A DNA stretch of 64,000 bases, from contig CAWDML010000001.1 in the NCBI GenBank assembly GCA_963803435.1, positions 864,001 through 928,000 on the forward strand, in the 5' to 3' direction. Position 1 is the first letter of the stretch; every line of letters starts with the position of its first letter. A program made the translations under genes and the position numbers. This DNA is from an uncultured delta proteobacterium. Lineage in GTDB: Bacteria > Myxococcota > Kuafuiibacteriia > Kuafuiibacteriales > Kuafuiibacteriaceae. Below, in pieces: positions 10,941 through 21,302 of the stretch. Below the pieces are notes generated by a model. That model was not told the origin of the DNA. It ran no database searches and was given only the letters and a program-made list of their open reading frames with translations.

Positions 10941-12312
10941 GTGGCGAAGCAATACCGTTCTTGACTCCGAGACAATCGTTCTTGTTCCCGCCGTCCCCTC
11001 TCGAGTGGCTCCCAGAAAATCATCTCGCGTACTTCGTCTTGGACGTCGTCGATGAGGTAGAGCTGAGCGCGATCGAGATCTCGATCCAGTCCAAAAACCC
11101 GCGAGGCGAGCGACCGTACTCGCCTCGAATGATGATCGCGCTGCTTCTGTACGCCTACTGCACCGGCATCTATTCGTCGCGGAGGATCGCGCGGGCGACC
11201 TACCAAGACATTCCATTCCGGGTGCTGGCTGGAGAAAGTCATCCCCACTTCACGACGATCAACGAGTTTCGGCTCGTCCACCTGGAGGCACTGAAAGCGC
11301 TCTTCCTCGAAGTCCTGAAGCTTTGCCAGAAAGCAGGTTTGGTGCGGCTCGGACACGTCGCACTCGATGGCTCGAAGGTGCAGGCGAACGCGAGCAAGCA
11401 CAAGGCGATGACCTACGAGCGGATGGCCGAGGAGGAGAAGCGGCTGTCTCTCGAGATCGAAGAACTGCTGGAGCGAGCGGGCACGATCGACCAAGAGGAA
11501 GACGAGCGGCTGGGCGTTGAAGAGACTGAAGAGGACATCCCAGCGGAGCTCGCTCGCCGTGAATCCCGCCTTGCCCGCATTCGAGAAGCGAAGGCTGCGC
11601 TGGAACAGGATGCCGCCAGGGCTCGCGCGGAGAAATTGCGCAGGCAAGCCGAAGAGCAGCAGAGCAAAGCGGATGATGCTCTTGTGGATCTGGTGGAGCA
11701 GAAGCGAGCGAGAACTCGAGCCGAGAAGGCAAGAGCGCAGGCTGACCAGCTCGAACCAGGATCATGTTGAAGGATGGAGCGTACCTCCAGGCCTACAATG
11801 CCCAAGTTGTCGTAGATGAGCACGCTCAGTTGATTGTCGCCGAAGGGGTCAGCAACCAGGCACCTGATCAGCAACACCTCGTCCCGATGCTCCGTGATGT
11901 GTTCGGCAACTGCGGCGATGCTCCGCGGAAGATGACGGCAGACAACGGCTATCTGAGCGCGACCAACATCGAATTCTGCGACAACAATCAGATCGATGCC
12001 CACATCGCTGTTGGACGCGAACAGAACCAAGACGCGTCGACTCCGTCCTCATCAGCTTCGGAGCCCACACCTGCCTCGCTCGCTCACAAGCGAATGCGAG
12101 ACAAGTTGCAAACGCGCGACGGCAAGGCGGTCTACCCCCGCAGGAAGAGTATCGTCGAACCGGCGCTCGGACAGATCAAAGGGGCACGAGGATTCCGCCG
12201 GTTCTCGCTACGCTCCTTCTTCAAGGTACGAGCCGACTGGACGCTCGTCTGCCTCACCCACAACCTGCTCAAGCTCTACCGATCGAAGCTGGCGACCGTC
12301 GCGAGCGTCTGA
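10941..12312 (+). pseudogene. IS1182-family transposase, disrupted
   Basis: GTG 10941 gives VAKQYRS(W)TPRQSFLFPPSPLEWLPENHL, with a 1-nt loss near 10963. Motifs: YSSRRI, LDGSKVQANASKHK, ADNGY, RKSIVEPALGQIK. The frame breaks at ~11760, where the usual NFTDP-x-S segment before RIM is missing. Confidence 0.85.
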
Positions 12313-12332
12313 CTCAAGGCAGCCATCTTCAG

Positions 12333-12398
12333 ATCGGGACCCGGACCGGGACCGGGACCCGGACCGGGGTCGCGTGAGCGCTTACGCGCTACACGCTC
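12333..12398 (-). repeat. Right terminal inverted repeat with (GGGACC)n hexamer array
   Basis: atcgggacccggaccgggaccgggacccggaccggggtcgcgtgagcgcttacgcgctacacgctc. Confidence 0.9.
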
Positions 12399-14549
12399 CT
12401 AGCCGTCGCTCCTGGGTTGGTGGTGGGCGGACTGTGAGCCTGCCGGAGCGAGGCTGGCCGCGACGATCTCGGCGACGTCGTACGTCTCGGTGTCGGGCGC
12501 CAGCTGCAGCTTCGCATCCTCGAACATGATCGTGCAGAAAGGACAGTTCGAGGCCACGCTTCGTGCACCGGTCGACAGGAGCTCGTCCAGGCGGAGGTGG
12601 TTCATCCTCGTGCGCTCCTCGACCTCGAAGAACATGTTGGCGCCGCCGGCACCGCAGCACCGCCCGTGCTCGCGACAGCCGCCTTCGACCTCGAGGATCT
12701 CGAGCCCCGGCACCGCCCCGAGGACGCGCCGCGGGGCCTCGTAGACGCCGTTGTGGCGGCCGAGATAGCACGCGTCGTGGTAGGCGACGCGATCGAGGAC
12801 GCCTCGCTCGAGCTCGATCCGCCCGGTGGCGATCAGCTCCTCGATCAGCTCGGTGTGGTGGAGGACCTCGGCGTCGGCGAACCCGAAGTCGCGGTACTCG
12901 TTCTTCAGCGTGTTGAAGCAGTGGGGACAGGTGGCGACGACGCGGCAGATCGGATAGCGGCCCAGCCGCTCCACGTTCTCGAGCGCCAGCTCCTGGAAGC
13001 GCGCCTCGTCGCCGAGGCGCCGGGCCGGATCGCCGGTGCACAGCTCCTCGCGCCCGAGGATCGCCCAGCTCAGGTGGGCAGCGTCGAGGATCCGCGCCAG
13101 CGCGGCCGCGATCCGCTGAGCGCGCGGATCGGAGGCAGAGGCGCAGCCAACCCAGTACACCAGATCGAGCGCGTCGAGCTCCGCAGCCGAGAGCTCCGAG
13201 AGCTGGCGGATCCGGACCCCCTCGGCGAGCGCGGTCCACGCCATGCGATCGACGTCGCCCCACGGGTTCCGCTTTCGCTCCGTGTTCGAGAGCATCTGCT
13301 GCTGGTGGGGATCGATCCGACCGTTCATGACGAGGTCGCGCCGCATGTCGACGATCAGACCCACGTGCTCGATCGCGACCGGACAGGCCTCCTCGCAGGC
13401 CCGGCAGGTCACGCACGCCCAGAGCGTCTCCTCCCGGATCACCGCGCCCAGCATCGGTCCGTTCGGCGCGTAGCGGGCCCAGGCCTCCGGCCCCGCCGCG
13501 CCCGGTCCCTCCGAGGCGGCGCGACCGAACGCCGGAGGAACGACGGCCGCGAAGAAAGCGGCGTGATCGACGTCCTGGATCAGGACCCGCGGTGAGAGCG
13601 GTCGTCCGGCGGCGGTGGCCGGACAGACCTCCTCGCACCGCCCGCAGTTGGTGCACGCGTCGGCCATCAAGAGGTGCTTCCAGCCGAGGTCGCCGGGACG
13701 ATCCGCGTCCAGGTGGAAGGCGCCCTCCTCGAGCGTCTCGCGCGCCATGAGCTCGCGGAGATCGAACGGCTTCGACAGCTGTCCCGGGGCGACGCGGTCG
13801 GTCTGGGTCATCACGTTCGCCGTCGTCGTCAGGAGGTGGATCATCTTGGTGAAAGGGATCGCGGCGATGAGGGCCAGCGAGGCCGCGGCATGAAACCACC
13901 AGAGGCCGACGTAGAGCTCCCGCACCGGCTGGCTCGCCGGCATCCGCACCGCTTCGAGCGTCCGTGCGATCGTCGCTCCCAGCGGGCTGAAGCGGGCCCA
14001 TTCCACCGGCGCCAGGTGAAGGCGGAGCCCCTCGAGCAGGAACCCGGTCACCGCGATGACGCCCAGGAGGGCGAGCGCCCACGCGTCGCCCCGCCGGTTC
14101 ACCAGCGCGGTCGGCCGGAGCACGACGCGCCGAAACACCGCCATCACCAGCCCGACGACGAACGCGAGCCCGAGCAGATCGAGCACCAGCTCGAAGACCA
14201 GATAGAAGCTTCCGCTCAGGAGGCGCCGCCCGAACGGCTCGAGCAGGTCGTAGTCGATACCCACCAGGACCGTGCCCACGAAGAGCGCCAGGAACCCGTA
14301 GAAAAGCGCGGCGTGCATCGGGCCCGCAAACTTCTTCCTCGTCGTCTCTTCTTGCGCGAGGACCGAGCGAACGAGCGCCCGAAACCGCGCCCGCCATGGG
14401 ACGATCCTCACCGCCTTCCTGGCGGTTCGGTACACCGCCACCCGCGCCCAGAGGCCGTACGTCATCACCGCAAGGGCGGCGGCGAACAGCAGGTAGAGGA
14501 CCGGCATGGTCCATGCCGGCATGAAGATGAGGTTCTCTCGCGCGGGCAT
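12399..14549 (-). CDS. Membrane-bound Fe-S oxidoreductase (HdrD/GlpC/FadF-like: NarI-like membrane domain, 2x[4Fe-4S], 2 CCG domains)
   Basis: Several TM helices; CTNCGRCEEVCP, CVTCRACEEACP, YWVGC, TCPHC, YHDACYLGRHN, CCGAGG, NCPFC. Confidence 0.9.
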   Translation of the reverse strand: MPARENLIFMPAWTMPVLYLLFAAALAVMTYGLWARVAVYRTARKAVRIVPWRARFRALVRSVLAQEETTRKKFAGPMHAALFYGFLALFVGTVLVGIDYDLLEPFGRRLLSGSFYLVFELVLDLLGLAFVVGLVMAVFRRVVLRPTALVNRRGDAWALALLGVIAVTGFLLEGLRLHLAPVEWARFSPLGATIARTLEAVRMPASQPVRELYVGLWWFHAAASLALIAAIPFTKMIHLLTTTANVMTQTDRVAPGQLSKPFDLRELMARETLEEGAFHLDADRPGDLGWKHLLMADACTNCGRCEEVCPATAAGRPLSPRVLIQDVDHAAFFAAVVPPAFGRAASEGPGAAGPEAWARYAPNGPMLGAVIREETLWACVTCRACEEACPVAIEHVGLIVDMRRDLVMNGRIDPHQQQMLSNTERKRNPWGDVDRMAWTALAEGVRIRQLSELSAAELDALDLVYWVGCASASDPRAQRIAAALARILDAAHLSWAILGREELCTGDPARRLGDEARFQELALENVERLGRYPICRVVATCPHCFNTLKNEYRDFGFADAEVLHHTELIEELIATGRIELERGVLDRVAYHDACYLGRHNGVYEAPRRVLGAVPGLEILEVEGGCREHGRCCGAGGANMFFEVEERTRMNHLRLDELLSTGARSVASNCPFCTIMFEDAKLQLAPDTETYDVAEIVAASLAPAGSQSAHHQPRSDG

Positions 14550-14564
14550 TCTCGACGGACGCGG

Positions 14565-14580
14565 TGCAACCGGCGTTCCC
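14565..14580 (-). promoter_or_regulatory. Putative sigma54 -24/-12 promoter of the Fe-S oxidoreductase gene
   Basis: GGGAACGCCGGTTGCA (GG-N10-GC), 15 nt before ATG 14549. Confidence 0.55.
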
Positions 14581-14656
14581 GCGGGAGCGGCTCACCCGCG
14601 GTCCGGAAGATGCGTCCTCTCTTTGCTTCGGTCCGGCGTTGGTCTAAGGGCTGGCC

Positions 14657-15382
14657 ATGGGGCGCACGTTCGAGAATCGCAAGCACGCCATGGCGAAGCG
14701 GGGAGACCGCGATGCAAAGGCCTTCACCCGGGCCGGGCGCCAGATCAGCATGGCGGTCAAGGGCGGCGGGGCCGATCCTGACCACAACCCGGCGTTGCGC
14801 CGCGCGATCCAGAACGCGCGCGCCGTCAACATGCCGAAGGACAAGATCCAGAGCGCGATCGACAAGGCCGCCGGGCTGAACGACGACGCCGGGTTCCAGC
14901 AGATCCTGTACGAAGGCTACGGACCGCACGGCGTCGCGATCCTGGTCGAGGTCGTCACGGACAATCCGACGCGGACCGTCGCCAACCTACGCACTGTCTT
15001 CAAGAAGGAGAACGGCAACCTCGGGAACTCGGGGAGCGTCGCGTTCCTGTTCGATCAGTTCAGCGTGTTCCGCCTCCACCCCGAGGGCCTCGATCGAGAC
15101 GCGCTCGAGCTGGAGCTGATCGACCACGGGCTCGAGCAGCTCGTCGACGGTGAGACCGACGACGGCGATCCGCTCCTCGTCCTCCGCTGTACGCGGGACA
15201 GCTTCGGCACGCTGCAGGCGGCGCTCGAGGAGCGGGGGATCAACGCCGTCTCATCCGGATTCGAGTGGGTACCGAAGAACACCACCACCCTGGGTGAGGA
15301 AGAGGTGGATGCGGTGGTGAAGCTGCTCGATCGTCTCGAGCAGGACGACGACGTGGAGGAGGTCTTCTCGAACCTGGCCTAG
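14657..15382 (+). CDS. yebC: YebC/PmpR family protein
   Basis: GGADPDHNPALRRAI, NMPKDKI, YEGYGPHGVAILVE, TDNPTRT, LEQDDDVEEVFSN. Confidence 0.93.
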   Translation: MGRTFENRKHAMAKRGDRDAKAFTRAGRQISMAVKGGGADPDHNPALRRAIQNARAVNMPKDKIQSAIDKAAGLNDDAGFQQILYEGYGPHGVAILVEVVTDNPTRTVANLRTVFKKENGNLGNSGSVAFLFDQFSVFRLHPEGLDRDALELELIDHGLEQLVDGETDDGDPLLVLRCTRDSFGTLQAALEERGINAVSSGFEWVPKNTTTLGEEEVDAVVKLLDRLEQDDDVEEVFSNLA

Positions 15383-15449
15383 ACGCCCCACCCAGTGCGA
15401 AGGCACCCTACAGCGAACTCGCTCCCGCTCTGGGCTACCCTCGTCGAGG

Positions 15450-16049
15450 ATGCTCGGCGGCTTCTTCTCCACGGCCACCTTCCTCCTGAGCGCCTGCACC
15501 TCGGCGATCGCCTGGGCGCTGGTATTGAGCGTCGGGGGCGTGTCCCCGATTCACTGGGCCGTCGCGCTCGCGGCCACCGCCACCACCGCATGCCTCGCCG
15601 CCGAACGACGCTCTGATCGAAACCCGCCCGCGCGCGTCTTCGATCGCTCGGAGATGGAGTCCGCCCTCGGACGTGAGATCTTCCGCGCACGTCGATACCA
15701 CCGCCCCTTCGCGACGCTGATCTTCGACCTGTCCCGCTGCTCACCGGAGACGTCCACGCGGGTCGCGACGGAGGTACGGCGCCTCATCCGGAAGACGGAC
15801 GAGGTCGGGTTCTGGGACCACCAGCGGCTCCTCCTCGTCCTGTCCGAGTCGCACGCCCACGATGCGGCGAGCCTCGCGGAGAGAATTCGCAGGGAGCTCG
15901 GCGAGACGCTCCCGTCGGGGCTGGCGGAGTATCTGGAGAGCGACTCGATCGGGACCCTGGTCGAGCGGCTCCAGGCCACGCTCGGCGAGTCGGCCCCGGC
16001 GCCGAGCTCGACACCGCCTGCGCCCGCCGTGACGCCTGAGAGCCCCTGA
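15450..16049 (+). CDS. Membrane protein with degenerate GGDEF domain
   Basis: Two N-terminal TM segments; LGREIFRARRYHRPFATLIFDL; RKTD (I-site-like) followed by DHQRL in place of GGDEF. Confidence 0.7.
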   Translation: MLGGFFSTATFLLSACTSAIAWALVLSVGGVSPIHWAVALAATATTACLAAERRSDRNPPARVFDRSEMESALGREIFRARRYHRPFATLIFDLSRCSPETSTRVATEVRRLIRKTDEVGFWDHQRLLLVLSESHAHDAASLAERIRRELGETLPSGLAEYLESDSIGTLVERLQATLGESAPAPSSTPPAPAVTPESP

Positions 16050-16221
16050 GCGCGCACGCTTCCTGCCGCCTGTCGGACCCGGAGCGATCCCGAAGGAGAC
16101 CGACGCGCCTCGGTCATCGTCTCGGACGCCGAGCAGATGGTCCAATGCCCGAGGACTCATCCGGAGCCCAAATCCGGCACCGACCGGTGACGCGGACCTC
16201 GGGTTCCCACGACCACGGGTA

Positions 16222-16237
16222 CGGCCCGGCACTTGCT
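16222..16237 (+). promoter_or_regulatory. Putative sigma54 -24/-12 promoter
   Basis: CGGCCCGGCACTTGCT upstream of RBS GGAGG (16282) and ATG 16293. Confidence 0.5.
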
Positions 16238-16292
16238 CACTATCTCGCGTGCGCTGGGCGAAGGTCGCCCGGAGGCGAGCTGGAGGACGATC

Positions 16293-16674
16293 ATGAAGAC
16301 CATGTCACGAGAGCAGGCCGTGAAGGACATCCGCAAGGTGCTCCTCGATCTGGTGGACGACGAGCACTCGATTCTGTCAGGTCGCCGCGGAGAAGCGGAT
16401 CTTCTGCCACGGCTTCCGGCAATGGACAGACTCGGAACTCTTCCACCGCTTTCGCTGGATCGCCGAGCCCCGCGGCATCACCTCGCGCGCCGAGCTGGAG
16501 TCGACCGCGAACCGCTGGCACCTGCAGCGTCAGGAGAGCCTGGGCCTTCCGATCGCGTGCGACGTCCAGCGAGAGGATCACGATCAGTGCTGGGGCTGGG
16601 ACGAATTCAGCAACCTGGAGCTCGAGCAGTTCTATCGCGAGCTGTGCCGCGAAGAGGCGCGCATCGAGGTCTGA
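16293..16674 (+). CDS. Cys-containing hypothetical protein (~126 aa; apparent frameshift at 16370)
   Basis: GGAGG RBS. Removing one T from GATTC gives MKTMSREQAVKDIRKVLLDLVDDEHSICQVAAEKRIFCHGFRQW...PIACDVQREDHDQCWGWDEFSNLELEQFYRELCREEARIEV*, with typical GC3-rich codons. Confidence 0.7.
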
Positions 16675-16683
16675 TGCGTCGCC

Positions 16684-17691
16684 TCACTGGTTGAACGCGC
16701 GCGTGAAGGTGGTGAGGGCGCTCGTATAGTTGTTCCGCTCGAACGCATCCGGGTGCGCGCAGTTGGCCTGGCTGACGCTCCCCTTCATCTGCTCGATCGA
16801 GCTGTACTCGTGCTCCACGAGCCACTCCGAAACCTGGTCCACGAGGACGCGCGCGTAGCTCGGTCCGTTCCGGAGCAGCGCCGAAGCCATCAGCACGGCG
16901 TCGGCCCCGGCGAGGATCAGCTTGAGGACGTCGTCGCGGGTGTGTGAGCCGCCGGTGGCTCCGAGCGACGCCGAGATCCGCCCCCGCAGGATCGCGGTCC
17001 AGCGAAGGGGGAGACGCAGCTCGGCGGAGGTCGACAGATCGATCCCCGGCCGCACCGACAGCGTCTCCAGATCGATGTCGGGCTGCATGAAGCGATTGAA
17101 CAGGACCAGGCCGTCGGCGCCGGCGGCCACCAGCCGGCGCGCCATCTCGATCGGCGCGCTGAAGAACGGGTGGATCTTCACCGCGATCGGGATCGACGCC
17201 GCTTCGCGCACCCGCTGCACGAGCTCGACGTAGCGCGCCTCGACGCCGGCGCTGGTCAGCGAGGGCTCAGCCGGGATGAAGTAGACGTTGAGCTCCATCG
17301 CATCGGCGCCCGCCTGCTCGATCGATCGTGCGTGGTCGATCCAGCCGCCGGGCGACACACCGTTGAGGCTCGCGATCACCGGAATGTCGAGCGCCTCCTT
17401 CGCCTCGCGGATCAGGTCGAGGTACGGATCCGGCCCAGTGTTGTAGTCGTCGAGCTCCGGGAAATAACCTCCGAGGGCCTCGGCGAAGCTGTCGCTGCCG
17501 AGCTCCTTCAGGAGCCCGAGCTGGAGCTGCTCGTGCTCGATCTGCTCCTCGAACAGCGACGGCAGCACGACCGCCGCGACCCCGCCGTCCTCGAGCTTCT
17601 TGAGGAGATCGAGCCGTCCGGTCAGCGGAGAAGATGACGCCACGATCGGATGCGCGAGCGTCAGGCCCAGATACTTCGACGTCAGGTTCAT
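16684..17691 (-). CDS. Dihydroorotate dehydrogenase-like flavoprotein (PFOR-associated)
   Basis: MNLTSKYLGLTLAHPIVASSSPL, PSLFEEQI, GLVLFNRF; ATGA overlap with the PFOR stop. Confidence 0.88.
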   Translation of the reverse strand: MNLTSKYLGLTLAHPIVASSSPLTGRLDLLKKLEDGGVAAVVLPSLFEEQIEHEQLQLGLLKELGSDSFAEALGGYFPELDDYNTGPDPYLDLIREAKEALDIPVIASLNGVSPGGWIDHARSIEQAGADAMELNVYFIPAEPSLTSAGVEARYVELVQRVREAASIPIAVKIHPFFSAPIEMARRLVAAGADGLVLFNRFMQPDIDLETLSVRPGIDLSTSAELRLPLRWTAILRGRISASLGATGGSHTRDDVLKLILAGADAVLMASALLRNGPSYARVLVDQVSEWLVEHEYSSIEQMKGSVSQANCAHPDAFERNNYTSALTTFTRAFNQ

Positions 17692-20600
17692 CGCTCGTCC
17701 TCCACGGCACGCTGCTCGAGGCTCGCCAGCTGCTCGTAGTGACGCCACCGATCGTCGATGTCCTTCTGCGCCAGCTCGAGCAGATGATTCGACCGCTCCC
17801 GATCCTTCAGCGCGAGCATCGCGAATCGCGCCTCCTTCATCGCGAACGACTTGAACGGAACGGACGGCTTCTTACCGTCGAGGTGGAACTCCGGCACCCG
17901 CGGGTCGAAGTGATAGAGGGGCCAGTAACCGCTCTTGGCCGCCTCCTTCTGGTGCGACATCGACTCGGTCATGTCGATCCCGTGCGCGATGCAGGTGCTG
18001 TAAGCGATGATGAGCGAGACACCGGGATAGGACTCGGCGTCGGTCAGCGCCTTGATGGTCTGGTTCGGTGAGGCGCCCAGCGCGACCTGCGCCACGTAGA
18101 CGTTCTGATAGGCCATCGCGATCATTCCCAGGTCCTTCTTCCCGATCGACTTTCCCTGCGCCGCGAACTTCGCGATCGCGCCGCGGGGCGTCGCTTTCGA
18201 GGCCTGACCTCCGGTGTTGGAGTAGACCTCGGTGTCGAGCACGAGAATGTTCACGTTCCTCCCGGACGCGAGGATGTGGTCGAGACCGCCGAAGCCGATG
18301 TCGTACGCCCATCCGTCGCCGCCGACGATCCACACCGTCCGCGGCACCAGGTGGTGAGCGATCTGGCGCAATCGCACCGAGTCCGGGTCGCCTCCGAGCG
18401 TCCCGGTGAGCGCCTCGATCCGTCCCCGCTGGGCGACGATCGACTCGTCCGTGCCGGTCGGAGCGGCCAGGATCTCGCGCGCCAGGTCCGAGTCGATGCG
18501 CTCGATCAGCATCCTCGCCTCGCCGGCCAGGTGGTCCACCGCCAGCCGCATGCCCAGGCCGAACTCGGCGTTGTCCTCGAAGAGGCTGTTCGCCCACGCC
18601 GGGCCGCGACCGTCCTGGTCCTTCGCCCAGGGCGTCGTGGGGAGGTTGCCGCCGTAGATCGACGAGCAGCCGGTGGCGTTGGCGACGACCAGCCGATCTC
18701 CGAAGAGCTGCGTCAGCAGCTTGAGATACGGCGTCTCTCCACAGCCCGCACACGCGCCCGAGTACTCGAACAGCGGATCGACGAGCTGCGAGCCCTTCAC
18801 GGTGTCGAGCCGGACCGCGGCGCGAGACATCGACGGCAGCGCGAGGAACGCGTCGAACCGCTCGCGCTCTCGATCGAGGTGAACCGTCTTGTCCTCCATG
18901 TTGATCGCCTTGTGGCGGACGGCCTCCTTGCTCTTCGCCGGGCACACCTCGACGCAGACCCCGCAACCCGTGCAATCGTCGGGCGCCACCTGGATCGACA
19001 TGGCGAGGCCGGTCCCTGCCTCCTTCCCCTTCCACTCCAGCGACGGAAGCTCGATGGTCTTCGCGCCCTCCGGATACGCCTTCATCCGGATCGCAGCGTG
19101 CGGACACACCAGCGGACACAGCCCGCACTGGATGCAGATGTCCGGATCCCAGATGGGGATCTTCTCGGCGATGCTCCGCTTCTCGTAGCGCGCCGTCCCA
19201 GTGGTGAACGTGCCGTCGATCGGCATCGCGCTCACCGGCAGCAGGTCGCCGCGCCCCTCGAGGATCATCGAGGTCACGCGCTTGACGAAGTCGGGCGCGT
19301 CCTCCGGGACCCGCCGCCGCCTCCTCCGTCCGTCTCCGGCGGCCGCCGGCACCTGCACCTCCTCGAGCGCGGCCATCGCCGCGTCGATCGCCGCCACGTT
19401 CCGGGCGACGATCGCGTCGCCCCCCTTCGCGTAGCTCTTCCTCACGGCGCCCCGGATCGCATCGATCGCACGCTCCCGAGGCAGCACGTTCGAGAGCGCG
19501 AAGAAGCAGGTCTGCATCACGGTGTTGATGCGCCCCTTGAGCCCGGCCTCGCGGGCGATCCGGTGCGCGTCGATCACGAAGAACCTGAGCCTCTTCTCGA
19601 CGACCTGCTCGCGCACCTCGAGCGGCAGCCGGCTCCAGACCTCGTCCCGGCCGTAGGGAGACTCGAGGAGGAACGTCGCGCCCTCGGCCGCGACGGAGAG
19701 GACGTCCATCTCCTCGACCAGGTGGAACTGGTGACACGCCACGAAGTGGGCCTGCTGGATCAGGTACGTCGAGGCGATCGGTCGCTTGCTGAAGCGCAGG
19801 TGGGAGACGGTGACGGCTCCCGACTTCTTGGAGTCGTAGACGAAGTACCCCTGGGCGAACAATCCGTCTCGTCACCGAGAATCTTGACGCTGTTCTTGGT
19901 CGCGCCCACGGTTCCGTCGCTGCCGAGACCGTAGAACACCGCGCGCGTGACGCCCTCTGACTCGGCCTCGGGCTGTCGATCCCAGGCGAGGCTGGTGTCG
20001 GTGATGTCGTCGGTGATCCCGACCGTGAAGCCGTGCTTCGGCCGGGTCCGGCGAAGCTCGGCGAAGACGGCCGCGATCATGCTCGGGGTGAGCTCCTTCG
20101 ACGAGAGCCCGTAGCGACCGCCCACCACCCGCACGTCCGATCCCGCCAGCGCGGCGGCCACGTCGAGGAAGAGCGGCTCGCCGGGGGCGCCCGGCTCCTT
20201 GGTCCGATCCAGGACGGCCACGCTTCGGACGGATCTCGGGAGCGCCTCCACCAGCGCGGCCACGTCGAAGGGCCGATACAGCCGGACTGCGACGAGCCCG
20301 ACCTTCTCTCCTGCGTCGACCAGCCGATCGATCGCCTCCCGGGCCGCTCCCAGCCCGGACCCCATCATCACCACCACGCGCTCGGCATCGGCGGCGCCGT
20401 AGTAGTCGAACAGCCGGTAGCGTCTCCCGGTGAGCTCGGCGAACCGATCCATGGCAGCCTTCACGATCCGCGGAAGCGCCAGATAGAAGGGGTTGATCGC
20501 CTCGCGCGCCTGAAAGAACACGTCCGGGTTCTGCGCCGAGCCCCGCAGGACCGGTCGATCGGGATCGAGCGCGCGACCGCGGTGGGCGCGGATCTGCTCC

Positions 20601-21181
20601 TGGTCGATCATCGCCTCGATCGTGCTCCGGTCGATCTCGGCGATCTTGTTGATCTCGTGTGAGGTGCGGAAGCCGTCGAAGAAGTGGAGAAACGGGATCC
20701 GACCGGACAGCGTCGAGGAGTGCGCGATCAGCGCCAGGTCGTGCGCCTCCTGGACCGAGCTCGAGGCGAGCATCGCGAACCCGGTGCTGCGCGCCGCCAT
20801 GACGTCGCTGTGATCACCGAAGATCGAGAGCGCATGCGTGGCGATGGTCCGCGCCGCCACATGGATGACCATGGGCGTGAGCTCTCCCGCGATCTTGAAC
20901 ATGTTCGGGATCATCAGGAGCAGGCCCTGCGACGCGGTGAAGGTGGTGGCGAGGGAGCCGGCCTGGAGCGCGCCGTGGACGGCCCCCGCGGCCCCGCCCT
21001 CGCTCTGCATCTCGATCACCGAGGGGACCGTGCCGAAGAGGTTCTTCTTCCCCTTCGCCGCCCAGGCGTCGGAGAGCTCCCCCATCGGCGAGGCGGGTGT
21101 GATCGGATAGATGGCGATGACCTCGGAGGTCGCATACGCAATCCGCGCCGCAGCCTCGTTACCGTCGAGCGTGACGTACAT
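17688..21181 (-). CDS. nifJ: Pyruvate:ferredoxin (flavodoxin) oxidoreductase; apparent frameshift at ~19862
   Basis: TLDGNEAA, YPITPAS, MQSEGGAAG, GLGSDGTVG, CIQCGLCPLVCPH, CTGCGVCVEVCP, GACAGCGE, GGDGWAYDIG. Split across ORFs 19760..21634 and 17688..19862; start at 21181 (alternative 21193). Confidence 0.95.
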
Positions 21182-21194
21182 CGGGACCGACATT

Positions 21195-21210
21195 CGCAAG
21201 CTTCGTGCCC
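21195..21210 (-). promoter_or_regulatory. Putative sigma54 -24/-12 promoter of nifJ
   Basis: GGGCACGAAGCTTGCG, 13 nt before ATG 21181. Confidence 0.65.
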
Positions 21211-21302
21211 GCCTCCTGCCTCGCTCGAAGCAGGACCTCGACCGGCCTCGGTAACCGTGAGTCGGGGCGGCGTACCGGTCGGTGACGTTGGGGGCTTCGA
21301 TC

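Larger units (their letters stand above)
10384..12398. mobile_element. IS1182-family element with passenger gene; CTAG target duplication
   Basis: The outermost 16 bp form a perfect inverted repeat (GAGCGTGTAGCGCGTA / TACGCGCTACACGCTC), extending imperfectly to ~65 bp. CTAG flanks both sides (10380-10383, 12399-12402). The element contains a DDE transposase and a four-helix-bundle gene. Confidence 0.85.

Noticed and set aside
19855-19870. Programmed frameshift or true pseudogenisation of PFOR and other split genes
   Set aside because: No slippery sequences are present, the breaks recur at GATC motifs, and both halves keep intact motifs. A systematic sequencing error is more likely.
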